DNA from: Fusobacterium perfoetens ATCC 29250
Lineage (GTDB): Bacteria; Fusobacteriota; Fusobacteriia; Fusobacteriales; Fusobacteriaceae
Direction of reading: 5' to 3'
Length of the DNA stretch: 64,000 bases
Assembly: GCA_964239055.1 (NCBI GenBank)
Contig: CAXSON010000009.1
Coordinates: 1 to 64,000, forward strand
A program made the translations under genes and the position numbers. Shown in pieces: positions 1-9,025 of the stretch. Every line of letters starts with the position of its first letter. Position 1 is the stretch's first letter. The notes under the pieces were generated by a model. The model searched no databases and was not told the origin of the DNA. It saw only the letters and a program-made list of their open reading frames with translations.

Positions 1-180
1 GTGATGCAAATTTTTAAATTAACAAATTCATTTAAATTTTTTTATTTTTGACTTGACATTTAATAGTTAGTCTTTTTTTATAAAAAATAATAAAATATAT
101 TTCCCCGTTTAATCTACCTAAATTATACTAAATTTTACGAAAAAAAACCATTACTACTTAATATTTTAAAATATTTGTAA

Positions 181-209
181 TAAAAAAACACCGAATAATT
201 TTTCGGTGT
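181..209 (-). terminator. Rho-independent terminator downstream of the MORN lipoprotein gene
   Basis: Hairpin acaccgaa/ttcggtgt at 188-209, preceded on the plus strand by an A-run (T-run on the minus strand). Confidence 0.5.
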
Positions 210-425
210 CCGTAATTTGTTCAAAAATTTTTTATTTTTTAAATATTCCAAAAACTGTTTTAAAAATATTTGAAAAAATATATTTTATTCTTTTTTTATT
301 TTTCATCTCCAGATACGAAAAACTGCCAATAGAAGTTCTTCTGCTGATATTCATAAATATTCCCCCGCTCTTAACTATTTTTATAGATATAGTATATCAC
401 TAAAAACAGTTCACAGTCAAGAATT

Positions 426-1097
426 TTACTTATACCATCTTATTTTTACTACATTTCCTTTATCAGAATAAGTTATTACTTTTTCAATTTCTTTTTCTCT
501 GTTATATTCAGTCCAATCTCCCACTTTTCTATAATTTTTATAATTTCCCTCTTCTTGAATATTTCCATTTTCCCAATATGTAACATATCTTCCTGTTCCG
601 TTTATTATTTCATTCTGCTCCACAAGAAGTCCGTCTGTATTATACCACTCAACAACTCCTTCTATTTTTCCATCTTTATACGGAGTTATTGATCTTACTT
701 TTCCATTTATATGATAAGTTATCTGATCACCGTTTTTCTTTCCATCTGCATATTTTTCTCTCATTCCTACAGTTCCGTCATTTCCAAACCAAACTTTATC
801 TCCATCTAAAATTCCTTCTTTATATTCTTCAAAATATAAAAGATGCCCTGCATATCTTATTGAAAATATTCCTGTGAAAAGTTTTTCTTCTCCCTTAACA
901 TATGCTTTCTTTTCTTTATTAAGTCTTTTTTCTTCAATATTAACTTCTCTTGTTCCTGGTTTTATTTCTTTTTCTTCTATTTGAATAAATCTTTCTTCTT
1001 CATATTTAAATAATTCTTCTGGTCTTGGCTGCTGATTTGTACACCCTGCTCCTGCAATCATACATAATATTACAAATATTTTTTTTAAATTTTTCAT
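426..1097 (-). CDS. MORN-repeat lipoprotein (YwqK-like)
   Basis: Signal peptide with lipobox (IAGAGC); repeated YxDGxxEG / WYxNG MORN-like motifs; GGAG RBS. Confidence 0.6.
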   Translation of the reverse strand: MKNLKKIFVILCMIAGAGCTNQQPRPEELFKYEEERFIQIEEKEIKPGTREVNIEEKRLNKEKKAYVKGEEKLFTGIFSIRYAGHLLYFEEYKEGILDGDKVWFGNDGTVGMREKYADGKKNGDQITYHINGKVRSITPYKDGKIEGVVEWYNTDGLLVEQNEIINGTGRYVTYWENGNIQEEGNYKNYRKVGDWTEYNREKEIEKVITYSDKGNVVKIRWYK

Positions 1098-1263
1098 TTT
1101 TTTCTCCTAAAATTTATTTCTCGATAGCAATTTATTATATCATGGTCTCTTTACTGTTTCAAACAAAGAAAAAATAAAAATTCTATTTTCAAAAAACCTT
1201 TTATGGAAATTGATAAAAAAAAGTGTTAGAATATAGAAAATATTATTTTTAAGGAGGTTACTT

Positions 1264-2877
1264 ATGGAACCTATTCTTGTTTTTGGTCATAAAAATCCGG
1301 ATACAGATTCTATATGTTCAACTATTGCAACTGCATACTTAAAAAATGCCTGCGGAGAAAAAGCTGTTCCATACAGGCTGGGAAAAATAAATAAAGAAAC
1401 TGCTTTTGTTCTTCATAAATTTGGAATAAAAGAACCTAAACTTCTTACAACTGTAAGTGCTCAGATTTCTGATCTTACTCGTGTAAAAAAAGAAGTTATA
1501 AATGTAAATGATTCTATTCAGGAAGCACTTGAACTTATGACAAAAGAAAATTTCTCAAGTTTTCCTGTGGTTGATGAAAATAATCATTTAAAAAATATGA
1601 TTTATATTTCTGATATTGCTAATACTTATCTAAAAATAGATTATTCAGATCTTTTTTCAAAATACAGCACAACTTATGAAAATCTTATTGAAGTTCTTAA
1701 CGGAAAAATAATAAGCGGAATATATCCAAGCGGAGAAATTACATCAAATCTTAAAGCAATTTCTGAACTTGATACAATAGAAAAAGGCGATGTTGTAATT
1801 ACAACATCAATGGCTGACGGAATTGACAGGCTTATAAAAGCTGGAGCAAAAGTTATAATTGTTTGCTGTAAAGAAGATGATTTTATAAGCCCGAGAGTCA
1901 CTTCTGAATGTGCAATTATGATTGTAAATCATTCTCTTTTTAAAACAATATCACTTATCAGCCAGTCTATTTCTGTTGGGGCTATTCTTGAAAACAGAAA
2001 TTTCTACAGTTTTAAAAAAGATGATTTCTTATATGAAATAAAAGATATAATGAAAGATTCTAGTCAGACAAACTTCCCTGTTATTGATAATGAGGGAAAA
2101 GTTTATGGAACTATAAGAACTAAAAACTTAATTAATTTTACAAGAAAAAAAGTTATTTTAGTTGACCACAACGAATTTTCACAATCTGTAAACGGACTTA
2201 GTGATGCACAGATTTTACAAGTTATAGATCACCATAAATTTGCAAACTTCCAGACAAATGATCCTGTAAAAATTACTGCTGAAGCTGTGGGATGTTCTTC
2301 TACAATAGTTTATTCTCTTTTCAAAGAAGCCGGAGTTGTTCCTCCAAAAGAAATCGCAGGAATAATGTTAAGTGCAATAATTTCTGATACTCTTCTTTTC
2401 AGATCCCCTACATGTACTGAAAAAGATGAATTAACAGCAAAAGAACTTGGAAAAATTGCAGAAATAGATGATATTCATAAATATGGAATGGAAATGCTTA
2501 TTGCAGGAACATCATTTGACAACAATACTCCTCCTGAAATTTTAAATCTTGATAAAAAAGAATTTAATATGGGCGGAACAAGTATGGCTGTTGCTCAAGT
2601 AAACACAGTTGATGTTGAAGGGCTTTTAAAAATGAAGCCTGATTTTGAAAATGCAATAAACAGCGAGATAAAATCAAAAGGATATGATTTATTTATGTTT
2701 GTAATAACAGATATAATAAATTCAAATTCAACTATTCTTACTTATGGAGAAAAAACAAATCTTGTTGAGCTTGCATTCAATAAATCTCTTGTAAATAATG
2801 AAATGCTTCTTAAGGGAGTTGTTTCAAGAAAAAAACAAATTCTTCCTTTCCTTATGGCTGCAACACAAAGTTTATAA
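1264..2877 (+). CDS. ppaC: Mn-dependent inorganic pyrophosphatase, family II (DHH/DHHA2) with CBS-domain insert
   Basis: N-terminal VFGHKNPDTDSICS DHH motif; 537 aa, consistent with the CBS-containing long form; AGGAGG RBS. Confidence 0.8.
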   Translation: MEPILVFGHKNPDTDSICSTIATAYLKNACGEKAVPYRLGKINKETAFVLHKFGIKEPKLLTTVSAQISDLTRVKKEVINVNDSIQEALELMTKENFSSFPVVDENNHLKNMIYISDIANTYLKIDYSDLFSKYSTTYENLIEVLNGKIISGIYPSGEITSNLKAISELDTIEKGDVVITTSMADGIDRLIKAGAKVIIVCCKEDDFISPRVTSECAIMIVNHSLFKTISLISQSISVGAILENRNFYSFKKDDFLYEIKDIMKDSSQTNFPVIDNEGKVYGTIRTKNLINFTRKKVILVDHNEFSQSVNGLSDAQILQVIDHHKFANFQTNDPVKITAEAVGCSSTIVYSLFKEAGVVPPKEIAGIMLSAIISDTLLFRSPTCTEKDELTAKELGKIAEIDDIHKYGMEMLIAGTSFDNNTPPEILNLDKKEFNMGGTSMAVAQVNTVDVEGLLKMKPDFENAINSEIKSKGYDLFMFVITDIINSNSTILTYGEKTNLVELAFNKSLVNNEMLLKGVVSRKKQILPFLMAATQSL

Positions 2878-2888
2878 CTAAAATAAAA

Positions 2889-2921
2889 AGAGAAGTAGCA
2901 TATTTTCCGCTTCTCTTTTTT
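2889..2921 (+). terminator. Intrinsic terminator after ppaC
   Basis: agagaag...cttctct hairpin followed by TTTTT. Confidence 0.6.
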
Positions 2922-3009
2922 CTTTTTTTAATTTCAAAACAAACTATCTATTTTTAGGATTTTATGCTAAAATAATAATAAATTGAAAAAATCAAGTGAG
3001 GTTTTAAAA

Positions 3010-4797
3010 ATGTTTTTGCCTACAACTTCTGAAGAAGTAAAAAAATTAGGTTGGGATTCTCTTGATATAATTCTTGTTTCAGGAGACACCTATATAGATT
3101 CTTCCTATAACGGTTCTGCCCTTATTGGAAAATGGCTTTTAAAAAATGGTTTTAAAGTTGGGATTATTGCCCAGCCGGATATAAATTCTCCAGCAGATAT
3201 TACAAGACTCGGAGAGCCAAAACTTTATTGGGCTGTATCTGCAGGCTGTGTAGATTCTATGGTTGCAAATTATACAGCTACAAAAAAGAAAAGACACAAA
3301 GATGATTTTACTCCCGGGGGAGAAAATACAAAAAGACCAGACAGAGCTTCAATAGTTTATACAGGTCTTATAAAAAGATTTTTTAAAAATAGTAAAACTC
3401 CTATTGTTCTTGGAGGAATAGAAGCAAGTCTTAGAAGAATTGTCCATTATGATTACTGGTCAAATCAGCTTAGACGTTCACTTATTTTTGATGCAAAAGC
3501 AGATATTCTTTCATACGGAATGGGGGAAAAATCAATGCTTGAACTTGCTAAAAATATTCGTGATGGAAAAGACTTTAGAAATATAAGGGGGCTTGCATAT
3601 ATTTCTAAAGAGCCAAAAGAAGAATATATAACAGTACCTTCTTTTGAAGAATGCCGTGAAGATAAATTTAAATTTATAGAGATGTTTAATATTTTCTATA
3701 AAAACTGTGATTCTATAACAGCGAAAGGATTAAACCAAAAACATGGAGACAGATGGCTTATTCAAAATCCACCGTCAGAAAATTTTTCTTCAGAACTTTT
3801 AGATGAAATTTACGGAATGGATTTTGAAAGAGATGTTCACCCATATTATAAAAAAGACGGTGTAGTAAGAGCATTGGATACAATAAAGTATTCTCTCACA
3901 ACACATAGAGGGTGCTATGGAGAATGTAACTTCTGTGCAATAGCAATTCACCAAGGAAGAACTGTTACATCAAGAAGTGAAAATTCTATTATTGAAGAAA
4001 TCACAGATATTACAAAAGATAAAAAATTTAAAGGAAATATTTCAGATGTGGGCGGTCCAACTGCAAATATGTATCAGATGGAATGTTCAAAAAAATTAAA
4101 ATTAGGTGCGTGCAAAGATAAAAGATGCCTTTATCCAAAAACCTGCCCTGCTCTTAAACCAAATCACGAAAAACAGATTGACCTTTTAAAAAAACTTAGA
4201 AGTGTAGAAGGAATTAAAAAAATTTTCATTGCTTCTGGAATAAGATACGACCTTATACTTGATGACCATCAATATGGAGATAAATATCTTGAGGAAATTG
4301 TGGCACACCATGTTTCCGGTCAGATGAAAATTGCTCCTGAACACACAGAAGATAAAGTTTTATCTTTAATGGGAAAACAAGGAAAAGATTATCTGAAAGA
4401 ATTTAAAAATAGATTTTACAAATTAAATAAAAAACTTGATAAAAAACAGTTTTTGACATATTATTTAATAGCAGCACACCCAGGGTGTAATGAAAAAGAT
4501 ATGATGGATTTAAAAATCTTTGCTTCAGAAGAACTTAAAATAAGTCCTGAACAAGTGCAGATTTTTACACCGACACCATCAACTTATTCAACACTTATGT
4601 ATTATACAGAAATTAATCCTTTCACAAATAAAAAACTTTTTGTAGAAAAGGATAACGGTAAAAAAGAAAAACAAAAAAATATTATTATTCCAAAAGATTA
4701 TTCTCCTTCCAAAAATATAAAAAAAGGAATCTCTCAGGAGAAATCTTTTAAGAAAAATAATAATTCTGGAAAAAAATTTAAAAAAAGTTTTAAATAG
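3010..4797 (+). CDS. ygiQ: YgiQ-family radical SAM protein (UPF0313)
   Basis: MFLPTT..EVKKLGWD N-terminus typical of YgiQ; CNFCAIAIHQG radical-SAM cysteine motif; probable start at ATG 3010 (RBS gtgagg), not at the ORF-track start 2983; Lys-rich C-terminal tail. Confidence 0.75.
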   Translation: MFLPTTSEEVKKLGWDSLDIILVSGDTYIDSSYNGSALIGKWLLKNGFKVGIIAQPDINSPADITRLGEPKLYWAVSAGCVDSMVANYTATKKKRHKDDFTPGGENTKRPDRASIVYTGLIKRFFKNSKTPIVLGGIEASLRRIVHYDYWSNQLRRSLIFDAKADILSYGMGEKSMLELAKNIRDGKDFRNIRGLAYISKEPKEEYITVPSFEECREDKFKFIEMFNIFYKNCDSITAKGLNQKHGDRWLIQNPPSENFSSELLDEIYGMDFERDVHPYYKKDGVVRALDTIKYSLTTHRGCYGECNFCAIAIHQGRTVTSRSENSIIEEITDITKDKKFKGNISDVGGPTANMYQMECSKKLKLGACKDKRCLYPKTCPALKPNHEKQIDLLKKLRSVEGIKKIFIASGIRYDLILDDHQYGDKYLEEIVAHHVSGQMKIAPEHTEDKVLSLMGKQGKDYLKEFKNRFYKLNKKLDKKQFLTYYLIAAHPGCNEKDMMDLKIFASEELKISPEQVQIFTPTPSTYSTLMYYTEINPFTNKKLFVEKDNGKKEKQKNIIIPKDYSPSKNIKKGISQEKSFKKNNNSGKKFKKSFK

Positions 4798-4844
4798 AGA
4801 TACAAACTACCTTAGGTATTTTTATTTAATATTAAGGAGGTAAA

Positions 4845-6167
4845 ATGAAACCAATAGTTGCCATAGTTGGTAGACCAAATGTTGGAAAATCAACATTATT
4901 TAATAAATTGGTCGGAGACAGGGTTGCCATAGTTGACGACCAGCCCGGTGTTACAAGAGACAGACTTTACAGAGACACTGAGTGGAGTGGAAAAGAATTT
5001 GTCCTTGTTGATACAGGAGGACTTGAACCAAGAAATAATGATTTTATGATGTCAAAAATAAAAGAGCAAGCTGAAGTTGCTATGAATGAAGCTGATGTTA
5101 TTCTTTTTGTCGTTGACGGAAAAGCAGGGCTTAACCCTCTTGATGAAGAAATAGCTTATTATCTTAGAAAAAAACATAAGCCAATTATTCTTTGTGTAAA
5201 TAAGATTGATAACTATCAGACTCAGCAGGAAGACCTTTATGATTTCTGGGCATTGGGATTTGACAATTTAATAGGAATTTCTGCAGAACATAAAACAAAC
5301 TTAGGAGATATGCTTGACCTTGTAATTGACTTAATCGATACAGTTGAAATGCCTGAAGAGGAAGAGGGATTAAAAATTGCAATAATTGGAAAACCAAATG
5401 CAGGAAAATCTTCTCTTGTTAATAAACTTTCTGGAAAAGAGAGAGCAATTGTAAGTAATATTGCTGGAACTACAAGAGATGCTATCGATACTCCTATTGA
5501 ATATGAAGGACAAAAATATGTTCTTATTGATACTGCCGGAATAAGAAGAAAATCAAAAGTTGAAGAAGCTCTTGAATATTATTCTGTTTTAAAAGCACTT
5601 AAAGCTATAAAAAGAGCTGATGTCTGCTTCCTGTTATTTGATGGAAAAGAAGGACTATCTGAACAAGATAAAAGAATTGCAGGAATTGCCCACGAAGAAA
5701 AGAAACCTATTGTTATCGTTGTAAACAAATGGGACTTAATTGAAAAAGAAAAAAATACAATGAAAGAGATGAAAGAATATCTTCTTGGAGAACTTCCATT
5801 CCTTTCATATGCACCGATTGAATTTATCTCTGCTCTTACTGGACAAAGAACGACAAAACTTTTTGGAATAGCAGAAAAGATTTATGAAGAATATATAAGA
5901 AGAATTTCAACAGGACTTTTAAATACAGTTATAAATGAAGCTGTTATAATGAACCCTCCTCCTACAAGAAAAGGAAGAGTTACAAAAGTTAATTATGCAA
6001 CTCAGATTGCAACAGCTCCTCCAAGATTTGTTCTGTTCTGTAACTATCCAGAACTTATGCACTTCTCTTATGCAAGATACATTGAAAATAAACTTAGAGA
6101 AGCATTTGGATTTGAAGGTTCACCGATAGAAATTATTTTTGAAAAGAAAAATCAAGAAAAACAATAA
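4845..6167 (+). CDS. der: Ribosome-associated GTPase Der (EngA), two GTPase domains
   Basis: Two G1 motifs, GRPNVGKST and GKPNAGKSS; KH-like C-terminus; AGGAGG RBS. Confidence 0.9.
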   Translation: MKPIVAIVGRPNVGKSTLFNKLVGDRVAIVDDQPGVTRDRLYRDTEWSGKEFVLVDTGGLEPRNNDFMMSKIKEQAEVAMNEADVILFVVDGKAGLNPLDEEIAYYLRKKHKPIILCVNKIDNYQTQQEDLYDFWALGFDNLIGISAEHKTNLGDMLDLVIDLIDTVEMPEEEEGLKIAIIGKPNAGKSSLVNKLSGKERAIVSNIAGTTRDAIDTPIEYEGQKYVLIDTAGIRRKSKVEEALEYYSVLKALKAIKRADVCFLLFDGKEGLSEQDKRIAGIAHEEKKPIVIVVNKWDLIEKEKNTMKEMKEYLLGELPFLSYAPIEFISALTGQRTTKLFGIAEKIYEEYIRRISTGLLNTVINEAVIMNPPPTRKGRVTKVNYATQIATAPPRFVLFCNYPELMHFSYARYIENKLREAFGFEGSPIEIIFEKKNQEKQ

Positions 6168-6177
6168 GTATATAATA

Positions 6178-6214
6178 AACGGGCTTTGGAAAATAAATTC
6201 CATGCCCGTTTTAT
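6178..6214 (+). terminator. Intrinsic terminator after der
   Basis: aaacgggc...gcccgttt hairpin followed by TTTTAT. Confidence 0.6.
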
Positions 6215-6307
6215 TTATATTATAATAATTTCTCTAAAAATAAAATATTTATAAATATTTTTCCAAAAAATAAAAAAAGGCTGTCGCAAAAGGCAGTCTA
6301 AACTTTC

Positions 6308-6383
6308 TGGTGCATCATACTGGACTTGAACCGGTGACCGTACGATTAAGAGTCGTATGCTCTACCAACTGAGCTAATGATGC
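6308..6383 (-). tRNA. tRNA-Lys (anticodon CTT)
   Basis: Reverse complement GCATCATTAGCTCAGTTGGTAGAGC...TACGA-CTCTTAA-TCGTA...GGTTCAAGTCC...CACCA gives a cloverleaf with anticodon loop CTCTTAA. Confidence 0.85.
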
Positions 6384-6403
6384 AATATATTTTTATAAAA
6401 AAA

Positions 6404-6479
<76 letters not shown>

Positions 6480-6498
6480 AATCTTTATCACAGGTATG

Positions 6499-6551
6499 AT
6501 TATAGCATTATAGAAAAAAATTGTCAAATATTTTTTTCTATATTTGACAAT
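6499..6551 (-). promoter_or_regulatory. Sigma70-like promoter for the tRNA-Gly/tRNA-Lys operon, inside an 11-bp perfect palindrome that also looks like the corA terminator
   Basis: Minus strand TTGACA-17-TATAAT upstream of tRNA-Gly; palindrome TTGTCAAATAT..ATATTTGACAA at 6521-6551 followed by a T-run on the minus strand. Confidence 0.55.
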
Positions 6552-6567
6552 TTTTTTAACTTCTATT

Positions 6568-7539
6568 TTATAACATTTTATTTTTAGAAAGCAGATAAGT
6601 AATAATAATACTTAAAAGTATTGAAATTATAATTACTGCCGCAAAGCCAAAAGGATTTTCAGCAAAAGGAACTGCAACATTCATTCCCCATATTCCTGAA
6701 ATAATTGTTGGAATTGCAAGAACAACTGTGATTGAAGTAAGTCTCTTCATAACATTATTCAGGTTATTTGACATTACTGTTGAAAAAGCATCTCTTGTCC
6801 CGCTCAAAATGCTTGAATAAATACTTGCCATTTCTATCGCCTGTTTTGTATCAATAATAACGTCATCAAGAAGATCCAAATCATCTGGATATTTTTTTAC
6901 AAGCTGCATTCTCATTATTTTATCAAGAACGGCTTCATTTGATTTAAGAGAAGTTGTAAAATAAACCAAACTTTTCTCAAGTTCAAGCAAAAGCATTAGT
7001 TCTTCATTTTCCATATATTTTTTTAAACGATTTTCTACAACATCACTTACACGTCCTATTTGTCTCAGATAATACAAATAGTATGATGTATTTCTAAAAA
7101 GAAGCTGAAGTATAAATCTTGTCTTTTTGTATGTGAAAAAACCTTTTATTCTTCCTTTTACAAATTCATCAATAAGAGGAAACTTTTCTGTTGTAACTGT
7201 TATAATATTATCTTTTAAAACTATGATACCAAGAGGTATTGTAGTAAATGAACATTTGTCTTTTTCACTGTGAATAGGAACATCTATAATAATAAGGAGA
7301 ATATCCCCGTCTATTTCCAAACGAGATTTTTCTTCCTCGTCCAAAGCTGCTTTTAAATGTTCCACGGGAATATCAAAGGCCTGTTGTATCGCTGCTATAT
7401 CTTCATCAGCAGGATCTGTAAGATTAATCCATGTATTTTTTTCTCTGAATATTGACACATCTTTTACTATTTCTTCATCATCTTTGAAATAGATACTTTC
7501 CAGTTTATCCATAGGATTAGTTTTAAAAACTTGAATCAT
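6568..7539 (-). CDS. corA: Magnesium/cobalt transporter CorA
   Basis: C-terminal two-TM region with GMN motif (GIWGMNV); size and architecture of CorA. Confidence 0.85.
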   Translation of the reverse strand: MIQVFKTNPMDKLESIYFKDDEEIVKDVSIFREKNTWINLTDPADEDIAAIQQAFDIPVEHLKAALDEEEKSRLEIDGDILLIIIDVPIHSEKDKCSFTTIPLGIIVLKDNIITVTTEKFPLIDEFVKGRIKGFFTYKKTRFILQLLFRNTSYYLYYLRQIGRVSDVVENRLKKYMENEELMLLLELEKSLVYFTTSLKSNEAVLDKIMRMQLVKKYPDDLDLLDDVIIDTKQAIEMASIYSSILSGTRDAFSTVMSNNLNNVMKRLTSITVVLAIPTIISGIWGMNVAVPFAENPFGFAAVIIISILLSIIITYLLSKNKML

Positions 7540-7898
7540 TTAGTCACCTTCCATTTTAGAACTCTCTATCATGGAAAGTTGATAAAGAGCCTAGATATTT
7601 AATTTTTTAGTTTCTTTTAGTGAAATATTCCGCGGGGAATATGTGTCCATCTAAAAACCACCTCATTTTTAATTTTAATATACCTTATTATTTTACATTA
7701 TATTTCTATAATTGTAAATAAAAATAAAAAAGGAAAGGTTCTCTTATCATTTTTTAATAATAAAGTATCCTTTCTGCTCAGATTTCATAAATAAAAAATC
7801 ACCTTATAAAATTAAGCAAAAAACTTAATTTCAAAGATGATTTTATTTTTAATATTTAAAACACATTTATTAAAATAACAAAATGCGGCTAATAACAT

Positions 7899-8248
7899 TG
7901 GTGGAGCTGACGGGAATCGAACCCGTGTCCAAAACTAAAAACACCATAAGCTTCTACAAGTTTATTCTGTGATTAATCTCGTACCACCCAACTGCACAGA
8001 CACAGACAGATAATACCAGTCTTTAAAATTTCCTCAAAATATCAAGACTCTATCTTGAGTAATCCGTAAATTTGGTTATACCCCTTGGAATTCTCTTAAC
8101 GGCCTTGAGAAAACCGGAGCAGCTGACTTTATTAAGCAGCTAAAGCGTATTCGTTGTTTCCATCTAAACGATGAGTTTGACCTCTCACAGCGGTCAACCT
8201 GACCTGCTACCTATGACCTTCCAGCCCTGTCGAAACCTTTGCAGCCCC
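7899..8248 (-). ncRNA. ssrA: tmRNA (SsrA), tag peptide ending ...NNEYALAA*
   Basis: Minus strand starts GGGGCTGCAAAGGTTTCGAC and ends tRNA-like ...GGTTCGATTCCCGTCAGCTCCACCA; internal in-frame GGAAACAACGAATACGCTTTAGCTGCTTAA; lies next to smpB. Confidence 0.85.
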
Positions 8249-8273
8249 AATATTCAATTTTTTATTGCATTAT

Positions 8274-8302
8274 ATTATAGCACTTATTTTTTATTTAATC
8301 AA
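8274..8302 (-). promoter_or_regulatory. Promoter for ssrA (TTGATT-17-TATAAT), overlapping the smpB 3' end
   Basis: Hexamers read on the minus strand just upstream of the tmRNA 5' end. Confidence 0.45.
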
Positions 8303-8306
8303 TATT

Positions 8307-8747
8307 TTATCTGACTTTCAGCATTCTGTCCATATCCCTCTTCTGATCTTTTTTAGCTATACTTTCTCTCTTATCATAAGTTTTCTTTCCACGTCCAAGA
8401 GCAATATCAACTTTTACATACCCTTTTGACAGATGAACATTAAGAGGAACTATTGTATATCCTTTCTGAGTAACTTTTTCATGAAATTTTTTTATCTCTT
8501 TTTTATTAAGAAGAAGTTTTCTTACTCTTTTTTCTTCAGGATTGTACACACTTCCATACTGCCACGGAACTATTGACATTCCCATAATAAAAACTTCACC
8601 GTTTATTATTCTTACGAATGCTTCTTTTATACTTACTTTTCCTGCTTTTGCAGATTTAACCTCACTTCCTACAAGCTCAATTCCAGCTTCAATGGTATCT
8701 TCTACAAAATAATCAAAGTATGCTTTTTTATTATTTGCAAGTATCAT
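8307..8747 (-). CDS. smpB: SsrA-binding protein SmpB
   Basis: 146 aa; AYFDYF..GIELVGSEVKS motifs typical of SmpB; adjacent to ssrA. Confidence 0.9.
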   Translation of the reverse strand: MILANNKKAYFDYFVEDTIEAGIELVGSEVKSAKAGKVSIKEAFVRIINGEVFIMGMSIVPWQYGSVYNPEEKRVRKLLLNKKEIKKFHEKVTQKGYTIVPLNVHLSKGYVKVDIALGRGKKTYDKRESIAKKDQKRDMDRMLKVR

Positions 8748-8817
8748 ATTTCCTCCGCTTCATATATTTATATTAAAAAGAGTTTTTAGGACTACTTCAC
8801 TTTAATAATTTATAAAA

Positions 8818-8970
8818 ATAAAATTTTAAGAGATTGAAAATTTTTTCGTAATTTATGCAGTGAGTTAAACGCTAAAAAATGATATGTCTGAGGGCAAAGC
8901 CCGAGTTTATCATTTTTAGTGAAACGAACAAAATAAATAGAAAATAATTTTCACAGTATAAAATTTTATT
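8818..8970. repeat. MITE-like structured intergenic repeat, copy 1 (subfamily A)
   Basis: Terminal inverted repeats AAATTTTAAGAGATTGAAAAT / ATTTTCACAGTATAAAATTT; conserved core CGTAATTTATGCAGTGAGTTAAACGCTAAAAAATGATA-loop-TATCATTTTTAGTGAAACGAACAAAATAAATAG; the same core is seen at four other sites. Confidence 0.75.
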
Positions 8971-9025
8971 TTTTAAATATGTAGCAGCCCTAAAAATCAC
9001 TCCCCTGCCAAGGCTTTTTTAATCT

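Noticed and set aside
206-403. 65-aa ORF in the AT-rich upstream region
   Set aside because: No RBS, low-complexity hydrophobic composition, and it lies in a promoter/terminator region. Probably spurious.
1674-1901. Antisense ORFs embedded within larger genes (for example 1674-1901, 5185-5397, 9261-9443, 9680-10238, 14349-14561, 16735-17016, 33605-34390, 45284-45550, 53333-53824)
   Set aside because: Each lies entirely inside and antisense to a well-supported long CDS. They have no RBS and low-complexity composition, typical of AT-rich frame noise.
4700-4797. Lys-rich C-terminal tail of YgiQ as a possible frameshift or fusion artefact
   Set aside because: The tail is in frame and ends at a clean stop just before the der RBS. 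Low-complexity basic tails are common in AT-rich genomes.
7540-7700. M-box (Mg2+) riboswitch upstream of corA
   Set aside because: The leader has hairpins but lacks the conserved M-box core elements. It is kept only as a generic structured-leader finding.
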